Below the pieces are notes generated by a model. That model was not told the DNA's origin. It did no database searches and saw only the letters and a program-made list of their open reading frames with translations. This document shows, one piece after another, positions 50,380-63,809 of a stretch of 64,000 nt of DNA. Source of the stretch: Chiloscyllium plagiosum (Eukaryota); the NCBI RefSeq assembly GCF_004010195.1, contig NC_057718.1, forward strand, positions 54,584,448 through 54,648,447, read 5' to 3'. The translations under genes were made by a program, and so were the position numbers. The number at the start of each line of letters is the position of its first letter. Position 1 is the first letter of the stretch.

Positions 50380-52765
50380 CTGTGCAAATGAAAACAAATA
50401 ATTCAAAATGATAACTGATAATAGAATTCTGCAGGTTAAAAAGTGGCAACCAAAATACAAAAGTAAATTAAATAAAAGTAAGTTACAGTACAATAGTTCT
50501 CAAATATCCTACAATGTGACATTTTATACACAATCAGTGCTTTCCACAGTAATCCAGTAACTACTAATAGTGCTCCCATAAGTCAGTTCTGTAGTTATCA
50601 CATCCAGTTGTGAACAGTAGTGGGCAATTAAGTACTTAACAGGAGAAGACTCCTAAATATCCTCAATGTTGAAGCTGGATAAAGTTTTAAATTATTTGGA
50701 AGTGGCCACTGAATTCTAACTGCAACCTCAATGATATTTTTACCAGTTTGCTCTATTCTCAGCCCATAATAGATAGAATTCCAATTCATCTTAAACAAAT
50801 GCAGATGAATACTTTGTCTAACTGTCAAAGATTTGACTCTGAACCTTTAGATATTTACTCTTTAGCTTTTAAATACATGCAAGGGGAGGTGATGATGTAG
50901 TGGTTGTATAATTGAACTGGTAATCCAGAGGCCCAGACTAGTACTTTGGAAACAAATCAAAAGATATCATAGCAGTTCGTGGAATTTGAATTCAGTTAAC
51001 AAAGCTGTTATAAAGCTAGTGGCTGTGATGGTGACCATGAAACCAATCATCAATTATTGTAAATTACATCTGGTTCACCTCGCAAATATCTAAATTAAAC
51101 TCTACCTGTCATTCCTCAGTCCACTGGCCCAGCTGATAAGATCCTGCTGCATTTTCACTTAACAAATCCGTCTCAGCTTTCCTTAGTTAATTTGCATTTA
51201 CCAAAGTGATAAGTTTGTCCCAAATTATTATTTCTAAAAATTTCCCCACTACCACAATAAAACTGATTGGCACGAAGTTTGTTTGCTACTTGCATTGGTA
51301 GCAATGGGCAGGGAGAAACTAGACATTGCATTCTCTTTGGCCTTTATTGAGTCATATTAAATTTCATGGCAGAGAAAGATATCACAAGTAGTAAAGGATC
51401 TGAAGAATAACTCAGAGTTGCTAGAACATGCAAATTAAAGTGAGACTTGCAAAAGCAGGGCTATCTGCATGAGGGTATTCTGAAAGTAATGTGTGTCAAA
51501 GATGGTTTTAAAAATAGTGGGGATAAAGAAAAAAGCAATGAGAGAAATGCATTTTAAATATTAATTTTAGAAGTAGCAGGAAAAGTCAAGAAAGTTAGGG
51601 CCAATCAAATTTAAAAAAAAACTTTGAGGGTAGAGAAAATGTTCCTTAAAACAGTGCGGCTATTTGAACCAAAGAATACGAGAAGGAGGAGTGGAAATAA
51701 TTAAACTGGATAGCCATAAATAAGAAAAAGGCTCCAACAAAATGCATTAAGAGTGTTGCCCAAGAATGTTATTTCATGGCAGATACTGCATTTATTGTCT
51801 AAGTGGAAAATCACATGGTGCGGTACAAAAAAAACACTTCTCAAAGCAAGTACTGCTTTTGCACTAAAACAATCAGCCCTAGGTTTCTAGCTACTAGAGC
51901 TTTTGCTTCAAACAAAATGTTTCTAACAAATAGTTATTTAAGAAACAACAGTATATTTCTAAAAGAAATGCAGGACATGTTTTAATACAGGGCTTAATAA
52001 AGAACTAAATTAGCTAGTTTTCAAACAGAACTATTGCACGCAGTGTTATACAGAACATTATATTATATGTGAGGATTTAACTGAAGGTCAAATTATATAA
52101 GTAGAGATTGTGATTTTTTTTAACTGCAGAAATGTGAATAGTGATAACCTTACCAATTAATGTTAAGACTATCGCATCATATTATTCTGACACCAACAAT
52201 TAAACATATTATAAAATGCTGAGGGAAAGAAGAATACTTTAATCAGAGATATAGTAAACATTGATTGGTTTGCAAAGACCATAGACATAACTGGTTAATC
52301 TTTCGTGTCACTGATGTCCTTCGTACTAGTTCGTTAGTTCAAGTCAATTTATCCTATACCATTTAAAATAGTGACAGATGTACAGGCCAAGAAAATAGCA
52401 CTACTTTTGACTAACCCACACAGCCAAGAGGACAAAGGTGGAATGTGCCAAAGGCAAATCAGTGTTGCTGGAACAGCCCCTTAACTAAAAGTGTTGTGAG
52501 AAGTTGTTCATCACACAGTCAGAAGTTGAAGAATGTGACTCAATAACACCTACAAATGCAGCTAGGAAAGAACGCTGGACATGCAAGCCACAAACATTCC
52601 AAAAAAATAAACCTGATTAAAATGGTTCTCAAAAGCTAGTTTCAATGAAGAATGCCTTATGTATTCTGGCATTTTCCTTAGTTTGTCCTGAACATTGAAG
52701 TTTCCTTCCTACATTCCTTAGTAAAATATATATTTACAATAGAGATATTAAAATATATAATTTAC

Positions 52766-52894
52766 CTGTTTTATAACATCTAGCACCATGATCACTTGTT
52801 CAGGATACAGCAATCCCTGAGACATAAGTGATAAACACATTTTTGCATCCCTTTTAAGTTCATCATAGTTCTCATCATTTTCCACAGGAGCAAT
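52766..52894 (-). CDS. PSME4: PSME4 exon [43 protein letters not shown]
   Basis: 129 nt, ttttag|...|gtaaat, phase 0/0. Confidence 0.95.
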
Positions 52895-53227
52895 CTAAAA
52901 TGGATGAAACAGTTCAGAAACTAATTTAAATACTAAGTAAACATAACTCAGAATGCCAACTGGACAGATTACTTTGGCAAGAAAAACGACGAAAATAAAA
53001 CTGGTTCAAATGCAACCAAAGAACCAAGTTTAATCCAAATTAACATGGACAGCAATGCTTTTTGAATTTTAAATAAATAATTCAAAAACAGTGATAGGAA
53101 ATCAACCTTACAAGTGGCTATGTCCACTTTAAGCTTCAACCAATTCAGGCACCAAATATCAGACCAGAAACTAGAACTCTGGTGAAAGGGAAAGGACACC
53201 TAAATTTCAAGCCGAGGTCTAAATTTC

Positions 53228-53555
53228 ATAGGAACCTACAGTGCAGATAGAGACTATTCAGCCCATCAAGTCTGTACTGAGCCTCCAAATAGCATTCCAC
53301 TCGGATTCACATCCCCACCCTAAAATTCCACATTTACAATAATCCACTTAGCTGCACACTATGGGCCAATTTAGAATGGCTAATACACATAACCTGCACA
53401 TCTTTGGACTGTGGGAGAAAATTGAAGCACCCAGAGGAAACTCACACAGACAAGGAAAGAACATGTAAACACCGCACAGACAGTCACCCAAGGCTGGGAC
53501 TGAATCCACATCCCTGGCATTGAGGGGCTAACCACTGTGCCACAATGCCACCCTA
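53228..53555 (-). mobile_element. HE1-type SINE (diverged)
   Basis: GGGTGGCATTGTGGCACAGTGG head, V-domain, CR1-like tail. Confidence 0.8.
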
Positions 53556-54048
53556 ATTTGTTCAGAGGTCTAGATTTATGTAATCAAGCTGGAAACGGCT
53601 CACTCCAAATAAAGTCAGCTAATTATGACAGGGTTTGAAGTATGTATAATGATGAGTTGGTTCATTCATTCAGTTCTAGATTTTAACTACATTCGTTGGG
53701 GAAGTGTGATGTTTTGACTGGACAATACATTTTTCTCATATGCAAAAAAAGCAGGAAGGATCTTGAATTTCAGTGGTAGTGTCCCTAACTCTAGGCCAGA
53801 AAGTCTTGGTTCAAGTCACACCTGTCCTGGAGATGTATCATAACACATCCAAACAGGGATAATTAAAAATAATTGAGAGGAAAAAAGCTATTAGTGCAGC
53901 AAGACTTTTTTGGCAACACAGACATGAAACCAAATATATTCCAAACTAAATATGATTGCTTCAGTATAATTAAGAAACAGGTTAAAACATGTGCTAATTT
54001 ACTTTGCACAGTTTAGAAATTAATGTAAACATTACAGTCACAACATAC

Positions 54049-54134
54049 CTTGAATAAAAGCGGCATGAGTTGGAGCTGCTCTGCAACTGCCGTAGAGAAT
54101 GACCTTCCTGCGCTTGCCATTAACCATTTCAGCA
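54049..54134 (-). CDS. PSME4: PSME4 exon (V)[28 protein letters not shown]
   Basis: 86 nt, cacag|...|gtatgt; phases match neighbours. Confidence 0.95.
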
Positions 54135-54738
54135 CTGTGCAGCAAAACAAACCATGCAGTTGATTGAGAGATCAGAATCTTGACTATATTCACTGAATTT
54201 TAATTTTATGTTCCAGGAAGTAAAGGAAAAACCACAGTTCGTTTCAAAAAAGCTAGTCCTTTTAAATACCCAGAATTTGTTATGCAAGGGAATCAAAGGG
54301 TATCCGGGGTAGATGAGAACTTGGAATTCAAAATAGAAATGGATCAACAATGATCTTATTGAATAGCTGAGTAGGTTCGAGGGGCTAAATGGCCTACTTC
54401 TATTTCTCATTTGTATTCCTTAAAGCTGCCTTTTTAACATTATTTTCCATTCTGGTCTTATTAATGCTTACTTTTGCTTCATGTGTTTTTCCAATTTCGC
54501 TTCCTCCTTTTCTATTTTCCTTCAATCTTGCCACCTCCTTAGGTTTCCATGCCTCTGCCAGACTAGGTTAAACCCTCCCAACAGTAGCAGCAAACATCGC
54601 CACAAGGATATTAGATCCCAAAGACACAACCTACTCACACTGTATGAATCCCAGCTGTCCCAGAGCCTCAGAAATCTGATGCCCTGACATCTACAGAAAA
54701 TTAATACAATATTTTCATGAGCTAATTTGACTGCCTAC

Positions 54739-54947
54739 CTGTTTTCAGAAGTTTAATGGCTTGTGTCCTTTCATCCTGCTCCCCAAAACCATTTTCTTCA
54801 ACAACGTGATTTTGAATTTCTTCGTCAATTTCTGTAAGAGGCTTAAGTTGCTCTAAGATACGACTGGTGAATTCAGATACGTGTGGTGACAGAGTTGGAT
54901 TTGAATTTGGTAGAGTGATGTCTATCATGAATAAATACGTTAAAACG
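54739..54947 (-). CDS. PSME4: PSME4 exon (S)[14 protein letters not shown]...[12 protein letters not shown]
   Basis: 209 nt, cacag|...|gtaggc; frame continuous with flanking exons. Confidence 0.95.
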
Positions 54948-57069
54948 CTGTGGAGAGAACATTTGAGAAGTAACATGAAATAGGATGTCATAAGTTATAT
55001 TGTAACATGTTAAGTTTTTATCATGAAACATACTTAATAATTTTGAGGATTGTGGAATTGCTATTGAAGAGTGTGCAGGATGTTCTACCCTAAAAGGATG
55101 CTAGTGAACCAGATTAGTTTTTACAACAATGATAGATATCATGGTTGTCGCCAAAAAAAAATATTATAGCAACAAGCTCCTGCACTCCCTGGCCCAAACC
55201 CTTGACTTGCCCACAGTTTTCTCATTAATTTCAACCTGCTTTTAATAATCCTTTCTAAAATGCAAAAATCATTACCCTTTGCTAGGACAATAATGTACAA
55301 CTATCATCTCACTGTCTAATTATAGGGAACAGCACATACATAAGTCCGTTTTTGCTCAGGAATTGGTTTAATAACTTCAGTTGTAGATTAGGGGTTATCA
55401 GCAATGCATTACACAAGTGACATCTTTTGAACTGGTCCTGTCAGACCAATGATTCCAGTTACAGGCACTCCCTTGTCCTGTCTTGGTCCAGTACACATCT
55501 CCTTTACACATTTTAAGACAGACACCTCGTCCACATTCCAATGGAACAAAACTGGCTCATCTTGCTATTCTTTTATTTTAATTTTCAGTTCAAAAAGTTT
55601 AATAGCAAGGCTGTTGCAAAGAACATTTGTGTTTTTACTATACTAGATCAAGTATCTTGGAATCCTTGGCTCCAAAATGTCCCCCAAGTCAAAGATACCT
55701 CTATCTCCTCCCTGCACCCAGCTGTAGTAGCTTGCAAAACCAAGTAGCTGTTTATTTCTGCTAACCACAGAACTACCATTTGTTCATAATACCCACTAAC
55801 TTTCCTGGAAATCTGTATCCGATTTAAAAATTGGCTCACTATGCTCTCTTCACATTGCAAAATGAAACATATTAACTTTGCATTCAGGTAGAAATTTTAA
55901 TTAGCTATTCTTGACCCCATCCATTTCCCTTTCATCTAATGGACAATTTACAACCCAATACTTGAAACACCTCTCTGGAATATTGTGAAACTTGGAGTCT
56001 ACTCATGGTAAAGTTACACTGCTGCATTCTTTCCAAGTGTAAATGCCTCACACCCAACTCCCCATAAAACACTCCAAATATTCCAATGATCGCTCCAATC
56101 AAACCACCCAGGAGTGCTGTCCAGCATTAGAACAAGTCAAGTGATTCCATTCATTTACTCTAAATTTAAAGACAAAGTCCCAAAATAATCGAATGAACCT
56201 AATTAAATTAGACTCCCTAAAGTCAAAGATATCCTGTAATTAAACAGTGTTGACAACAAATAAATACTTTTTAAGCACATGAGCTAGGAAAAACAGAACG
56301 CTCCCCCACATAGCATTTTCAAACAAATCTTAAGCTGATCAGAATCTCTCCGTCCATCAGTGATAAACTGGCTGACTGTGTTGCTCACCTATCTTCACCA
56401 ACCCATGACCACCTACTGTCCCCAAGAATCCCCAGTTCTGTCTTCTTATCAATGGTTTTCCTGTCAGCAGCTAACCAGCCTGTTACTTCAATCAGCTGCT
56501 GGGCAGGAAGTAAAATAAATATTATTGTACTACTAAATTGAAAAGGATCTCTATAGGCCGACTTGCCAATCTTTTTGCTGTCCAGACCTTACTCTAAGTC
56601 TTTTTAAAATACTGGGGCATGTTCTCTGAATTACTTTAGACCTCTGACTTGTTAATTTAGTCACATAGTTAATACCACACCTTATTCCAGAATGAGCATG
56701 GAAACAAGAAGGACCGTGATACATTTAATTCAGTATGAGCTATATGAAGATATTATTAGGTTTTTCAGTTCGTTGTGACCATGGACATCTACAATTTAAT
56801 TCAAATCATGATGGTCAAATAAATATTAAACATTTGTACTGCAATACAAAATGGAAAATAAGCAATTTGCTCTAAAATACCATCCCAAATTATGACTGAT
56901 ATACTCTTGGCCATGTGTTTTAACAGCAGTACTCACAATAAATCTTGAACTTGTGCAATTCAATACTTAAATTCAGATGTACAAAAACATCAAATCCACA
57001 TGTGCATACATTTCATAAGAATAAGAAATCCTAATATTTTAAAATCTTATTCAAATCTCGAACTCTCAC

Positions 57070-57201
57070 CTTCCGATCCTTTCTCGCACGTTTTTATAAA
57101 CTTGCGTGAGTTTCGGCTCAAGATATTGAAGGAGCCTATGCATTAGTTCAGGCACTCTCCATTCTTGCTGCGCCAAACCACCCTGCAAAACGTACAGTCG
57201 G
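57070..57201 (-). CDS. PSME4: PSME4 internal exon (C)[43 protein letters not shown](S)
   Basis: 132 nt, ctag|...|gtgaga, phase 2/2; matches PA200 sequence. Upstream exons were not found in the window. Confidence 0.95.
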
Positions 57202-57558
57202 CTAGCAATAGAACACAAAGAATGGGATTTTGTAAATTAAGGTTTTCATTCCTTACAGATATAGATCATTACATTCACAATTTTCTTTTTAATGGTCACA
57301 TATTACAGCCATTAAGTTTGTTATTCCTTTATTGGCGTTAATTTTTCACATTGTGATAGTATCAATATTGAAGGAAGCTAACTGGCCTACTGCATGCGCA
57401 CATATATTTTGAATGAGTACCATTACCTTGCTTATTCCCCATAAAAATGTAAATGTCTCCTTTTCCAAGTATATATCCAATTTTCTTTCGTAAAGTCACT
57501 TGAATCTGCTTCCAACACGTTTTCAGGCAATGAATTGCACATGATGGAAAATATTAAT

Positions 57559-58112
57559 CTGGATGCAGGTTTGCTCACTAAGCGGGTAGGTTCATTTTCA
57601 GACGTTTCATCACCATACTAGGTGACATCTTCAGTAAGCCTCCAAATGAAGCACCAGTAGTGTAGCCCGTTTTCTATGTTTGAGTTTCCTAAGGTTAGTG
57701 GTGTCATTGCTTGTGGTGACACCATTTTCCTATGGCGATATCATTTCCTGGGGGGGGGGGGGGGTGCAAATGGGATCCAAGTCAATGTGTTTGTTTACAG
57801 TAGCATGGCATTCCCACCGGAACTCTATCAACACATTAACTTGGATTCTATTTACCATCCCCCTACCCCCTGGAGATAAAGAGGAAATGACATCACCATT
57901 GGAAATGGTGTCACCACAGGAAATGACATCACCAACTCTAGGAAACTCAAACGTAGAAATAGAAAGCGGACTGCACCACTGGTGCTTCATTTGGAGGCTC
58001 ACTGAAGAGGTCACCTATTATAGTGACAAAATGTCTGAAAACAAACCTTCCAGCTTAGCGAGCAAACCTACATCCAGAACCTCAACCTGAGCTGCAAATC
58101 TTCTCAAAATTA
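57559..58112. mobile_element. PLE 3'-end inverted duplication (~250-bp arms) with hammerhead motifs
   Basis: Arms are homologous to 42770-43070. The minus-strand motif CTGAAGA-gtcacc/ggtgat-GAAACGTC at 57601-57634 has an intact core; the plus copy at 58002 has a mutated GAAA. Confidence 0.8.
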
Positions 58113-59249
58113 CTTGGATCATGCTAATTCATTCTTTGGCCTCGGGTTACAAAAAACAGAATGAGGAAAGAAAAAAAAAGGAAATGCTTAGGGAGGGGAG
58201 GGTTGAGTATGGGAAGATAGGGACTTGATAACTTGATAGAACAGACCATTTGGCCCTTAGATAAAATCATAGTTGATTTGAATACTGTTGCAACTCCAAT
58301 TTACTGTCTCTTACCCAGAACATTTGACTCTCTTATCTATTAACAATTTATTGAACCTCAAGTTCAGTCAACCAGCCTCAACCGTTTCTTGGAGAGAGTA
58401 GTGGGTAAATGAAGGGGAAGGCTGGGTGATTGGAAAGGCAAGTAAACACTGGGACACTGTCTCTTAAAAAGAGTTGAGCATGAGAACTTACCATGGTTGC
58501 GCTCTGATGGCTCTATCCAGTGTAGGAGGTTCAAGATCTGATCCTCAGCATGCCATCTAGCTACCAACATACTCAAAGCTTGGGAGATGTGAAAACAGAA
58601 ATCCAGGTTTCCACTGGCATCTCCCGTTGCCAAGCATGCATGTGGTTGTTAGGCAAAAATAGAACAGAGTTTAGTGGTAACACTGCCAAGGGCAAATTTA
58701 AATGAATTTGCTCATGTTTCTAGGAAAGTTACCACAGGATGGGTGAAAATAACAAATGTTATTTGTATATATGTAAACTTTGCAAAGCAGCTGTATGAAG
58801 TAGAAAATGAAAGAAAAACCATCTTTCAAAAATAACCTACACTATATTTCTAGCCTGTTGTAAACAAAACTCAATTTCTGAAACTGAGATTTTAGCAGAG
58901 AACTCAAATGGCACAAACTATTACAGCATATAAGAACACTTGCTCCAAATTGTGCCAAGTCAGAGTCAGAATTGAACAGCAGAGGACCAAGGATTTGGGG
59001 GGTATAATGTGCTACTTAAGGGCTCCACAAAATGATTATCAAAAATTAGTTTAGAACATTGAAATGTTATTTGACTACGTTTTCTAACAAGGCAGCGAAC
59101 TGCTAGGAGTATTGAGGCATACAGTTGTTTTATTGCATCAGGAACAATTGTGGTATGTTGATTAATACTGTGGTCCCAAAAATAAGTCTCCACTTTTTTC
59201 CTGGCAGGTCCTGTCTTTTTGAAGAGTGAGATTGTCGTACATTTCACAA

Positions 59250-61400
59250 CTCACTTGGAGGTAATTGTCATCTGTTTGGAAGGTGCTGTCTAAGGATCTT
59301 TGGTGAACTTCTGCAGTGCATCTTCTAGACAGTACACACTATTGCTACTGAGCTTCAATGGGGGGAGGGAGCAGATGTTTGTGGATGTAATGCCAATCAA
59401 GCAGGCTGCTTTGTGCTGAATGGTATTAAGCTTAAATGCTATTGGAGCTGCACTTATCCAGGCAAGAGGGGATTATTCCATCACACTCCTGAGTTGTGCC
59501 TTGTGGATAGTTGACAAGATTTAGGGAGTCAGATGATTTATTTGCTGCAGTATTCCCAGCCTCTGACCTGCTCTTGGAGCCACTATATTTATGTAGCAAG
59601 TCCACAGTTTCTGGTTAATGGTAACCCCCAGAAAGTTGACAGTTTGGGATTCAACGATGATAATGCCATTGAATGTCAAGGGGCTATGGTGAAAGTGTCT
59701 TTTACAGGAGATGTTCATTGCTTGGCATTTGTGTGGTGTGAATATTACTTGCCACTTGTCAGCCCAAGCCTACATATGGCCCAGGTCTTGTCGTATTTGA
59801 CCATGAATTGCTTCAGAATCCAAGGAGTTGTGAATGATACTGCAGATCTGCAATCAATCATGAGCAACAGTTGAAACCCCGCTTTAGATCTTACGGAGAG
59901 AAAAGGTTATCTTCTGGTTTGATGACAAAGGTTGGGTATATGCTGGGTCTTAGGGTTGCAAATTGGAAAACAATTCTGCTGCTATTGATGGCCCATAGCA
60001 CTTCATGGATGCACAGTCTTGAATTGCTAGATCTGTTGTGAAGTCTGTCTCATTTAGCATGGTGATAGTGCCACACAACACAATACAATACAAGATAATC
60101 TCAATGTAGAGACAAAGTTCTGCCTTGACAAGGACAGGTGCATCTGCAGTAGGCTAAATGGCAAGAATGGGGTCAAGTATGTTTTTCCTTCTTGTTGGTT
60201 CCTTCACCATCTACCACAGATCCAGTCTAGTAGTTAGGTCCTTTAGGACCCCACCAGCTCGATCAGTAGTGCTGCTGCCAAGACACTCTTGGTGGTGGAC
60301 ATTAAGTCCCTCACTCAATGCATATTACACTCTTGCCATCCTTAGTTCTTTCTCCAACTGAGGTTCAACATGAAGGACTGTTGGTTCATCAGCTGAGTGA
60401 GGATAGTATGTTTCAATTAGATTTCCTTGCCCATTTTAACCTGATGCCATGAGGCTTCATGTGGTCCAAAGTGAATGTTGAGGACTCCAGGTCAACTCAC
60501 CCCTGACTATGTCATTATGCTGCCAAATCTGCTGGGTCTGTCTCTCCAGTGGTACAGAATGTATACAGGGATGGTGATTGCTATGTCTGGGAAATGGTCT
60601 GTAAATTATGATTGCATGAGTATAACAATGTCAGACTGTTGCTTGATTAGTTTGAGAGGCAGCTCTCCCAATTAAGGCAATAGCCCCCACATTAGATAGA
60701 AGGACTCTGCAGAGTCGACAGGATTGTTGTCTTTTGCGGTGCATAGGTCAATACCAGGTGGTCTTGTGGTTTCCTTTCTTTGCTGAGATTTTAAGTAATT
60801 GATAGTGGGTGGCACGGTGGCACAGTGGTTAGCACTGCTGTCTCACAGTGCCTGAGACCCGGGTTCAGTTCCCGCCTCAGGCGACTGACTGTGTGGAGTT
60901 TGCACGTTCTCCCCGTGTCTGCGTGGGTTTCCTCCGGGTGCTCCGGTTTCCTCCCACAGTCCAAAGATGTGCAGGGCCAGGTGAATTGGCCATACTAAAT
61001 TGCCCGTAGTGTTAGGTTAGGAGTAAATGTAGGGGTATGGGTGGTTTCGCTTCGGCGGGTCGGTGTGGATTTGTTGGGCCGAAGGGCCTGTTTCCATACT
61101 GTAATGTAATCTAATCTAATCTAATCTGATACAATTGAGTGGCTTGCGGGTTGAGAGTCAACCACATTGCTGTGCTCTAGAGTCACATGTAGGTTAGACC
61201 AGGCATAAATGGCAGATTTCCTACCTTGAAGGACATTTGTGAACCAGGTGGACTTTTCCAATCATTTTGAGGTCATCATGAGATTCTTGATTTCAGTTTT
61301 TTTTTTAAATATAGAATTAAAATTCAAAATTTATTCAAACCAGAGTTCCCAGCACATGAGCTGAGCTTCTGGAATAATAGTCCAGCAATAGTAACTAGGC
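59250..61400 (-). mobile_element. Degenerate non-LTR (CR1/L2-superfamily) element with associated repeat; related pieces at ~2990-3320, 22800-23290, 40600-40870
   Basis: LGVTINQKLW..INIVAPRAGQRLGIL in ORF 59521-59718; shared sequence among the listed copies. Confidence 0.6.
60807..61126 (+). mobile_element. Young full-length HE1-type V-SINE
   Basis: A box TGGCACAGTGG, B box GGTTCAGTTCC, CpGs retained, (TAATC)4 tail. Confidence 0.93.
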
Positions 61401-63000
61401 CATTTTGCCTTGGTTCCAATGAAACTGAACTGTTGAGGTGGTTTCGAATGCATTGTAAAAAGACTCCACAGAACTTCTTCCAATGATACTTCCACGAAGG
61501 GAGGATTCATCCAGAAGACAGTGATTTAGCTAATAGTTTCCAAAGGTGGGAATTGCAAATTGAATAAAGGTAGATAGGAAATTAATTAGTCCTTTAACCT
61601 TATAAATTTAAGATCAAATGCATAATAAATCACTTTTCTCATGGGTTTATCTTGAACTTAGTAAATATATCACAACTACATTTACTAGATTAATTCACGT
61701 CTGGTGAATTCTCTTTCAGTTTTACTGCTGTACTTGATAATTCCTTACCAATTATCAACCAGAACTAAACTCATTTGTGTGTTGAAAGGCAGATTAATCC
61801 GCTATACAGATACTTGAGAATTCAGTGGAACTCAAGTGCTTATTTTAAAAGCTTAATGTGGAGTACATTTAACCCTCACTGTTATTCATTGTTTAATAAA
61901 AAGGATCCAACTTGGTGAAATTAATCTACAAATGACAAAATGTTGAGAACTTGGTGCAATGTCATACTATGTGGCGACAGGAAACTCTACATCTTGCAAT
62001 GACCAAGCAGAGACTTTTTTTTTACTCTGTGAAGCAAAGCTGGACATATACAAACATGGCAGAATTCTAATATGGATTGCAAAAAACTTGGCATTGCAGC
62101 CATCTACATCAGACCATCTTGCAAGTTATCACAATTTTGGTTTCTTTGTGCTCCAAACACCTCTCTTAGGTAATGCAATGGAGTCATCTGAAGGATTTTG
62201 CTCCTTTCAGTATATTAACTATCAAGCCTGAATTTGGATATCACTGTTTTTAAAAAGACCTCCAATGATGTTTGGAAGGGACTGAACAAGTATTGATTAA
62301 TGGTGCGTGCATACTGCTTTCAAACATTGCTGGCAAATATATCCCTTCACTATATACACAGTCCTCCACATCAGATTATTAAGCACTTTTTTCAATCTGG
62401 ATACATGGAATGCCTCATATAAGAATGGAGAGAGCATTTCAGAATACCAGTCTTAACAAAGCCCACCTGATTTGGAGGTATTAACGTTGCTAGTACTTCT
62501 TCCATGTCTTTGCCATAATTTTTGCAAAATGTGTACATCTCCTGCAGACATGGGGGTCCATATCTGTTTATAAAAGCAGAGAATGCTGCCCTGTTCAAAT
62601 TCAGAAGCAAGATTTATTTTTAACTCACCTCATTATGGAATATCAGAAGTCTCAGCAACACTTTCTGATAAGGAGAACTAAATTAAGATTTCCTACAATG
62701 ACAGAGACCAGGGTCAAAGAACAGGCTAAGTGGCCTTCAATGTCTCAGTTACGTTTATGACCTTCCCAATGTGATTTTATTGTCATGTGACATAGAAAGA
62801 CTCGAAGTCAATTGAATTCAGTTACTTTGGATTTGGAAATTTTTGTAAGAAACACAAGCCACTCAAGAATTTTATTGCAAAATCCAATTCAAGTTTTCTT
62901 TTGAAAAGCAGACTGAACTACACCCTAATAAAAATTTATCTTTGGCAAACATTTCCATTCTGTAATTTCTAGTCTTGGATAAAGTTGCTCGACTTCATCC
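61400..63000 (-). mobile_element. Very old L1/Tx1-like RT fragments
   Basis: LIPPNQVGFVKTG (resembles the L1 ...PDQTGF.KGR motif) and DG.NAKFF-like remnants. Confidence 0.35.
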
Positions 63001-63809
63001 AAAGAGATCAAGCTTTTTCAGTACATTAGCCTGTTAGGCAGGGACTCATTTGAGATCTTTTCCCTAGAGACTTCCTTTGATATTAGGATGGAGCATTAGA
63101 AAGGTGGATGCTGTTTGGAGGATACAGTCAGATTAGAAGATGACAAAAAAAATCACAAAGAAATGAGAGAGAGAATATATGTTGAAAGCAAGATAAGGAA
63201 TAGAAGTATGAATTCAAGTAGTATAGTGATGAAGGGAGGGATGCAAAAGCAGGTAGCCCTCACAAAGTTCCTGAAGGTACCACTTGAAGGGGAACAACTT
63301 GAAGTGAATCACTGGTTCCCATACAAATCGATGTTCATGCCAGAGATTGGTTCCTTCAGACAGTTTCTTGGCCAGAGAAAGAGAGCACAACTTGAAACAC
63401 TATCATACAAATAATACAATCTGCATTCTCAGTTTAAATAACTCACAAAAAAAGCACATAAATTAAAAAAGAAATACAATGTATACAAAGAAAATACTTT
63501 TATGTAGTCAATTTCATCTAGTGGCACAAATTCAACTTTTGCAGATAAGAGGAAAGGGCGAGAGTGGCGATGCTGGAAGGAAGCAAAGCAAAAGAGAAAG
63601 ACAATGCTGGGATGCAAAGCTTGGGCAAGGAGAGTAATAAAATTAAACTAGAAATCTCAATCGAATTCAAAGATACAGGCTTTAAAAAAATAAAATGTAA
63701 TTCAAATAATGCTAAGTAGGGCAACATGAAACAAGGACCAGCACATAAATCCCAAAGACCCTTCATGAAATTTCAAAAATGTGTGCAAAGTGCATAAACA
63801 TGAAAATTT

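Noticed and set aside
50113..54991. ORF-track entries 50113-50493 and 54722-54991 as stand-alone proteins
   Set aside because: They are PSME4 exons extended into intron sequence.
60807..60880. tRNA gene (A and B boxes present)
   Set aside because: It is the tRNA-derived head of a SINE, continuing into the V-domain and LINE tail; the same applies to the other copies.
61470..61520. Possible next upstream PSME4 exon (PFVE resembling SFVD)
   Set aside because: The surrounding translation does not match PA200 and has no suitable splice sites; more likely old LINE debris.
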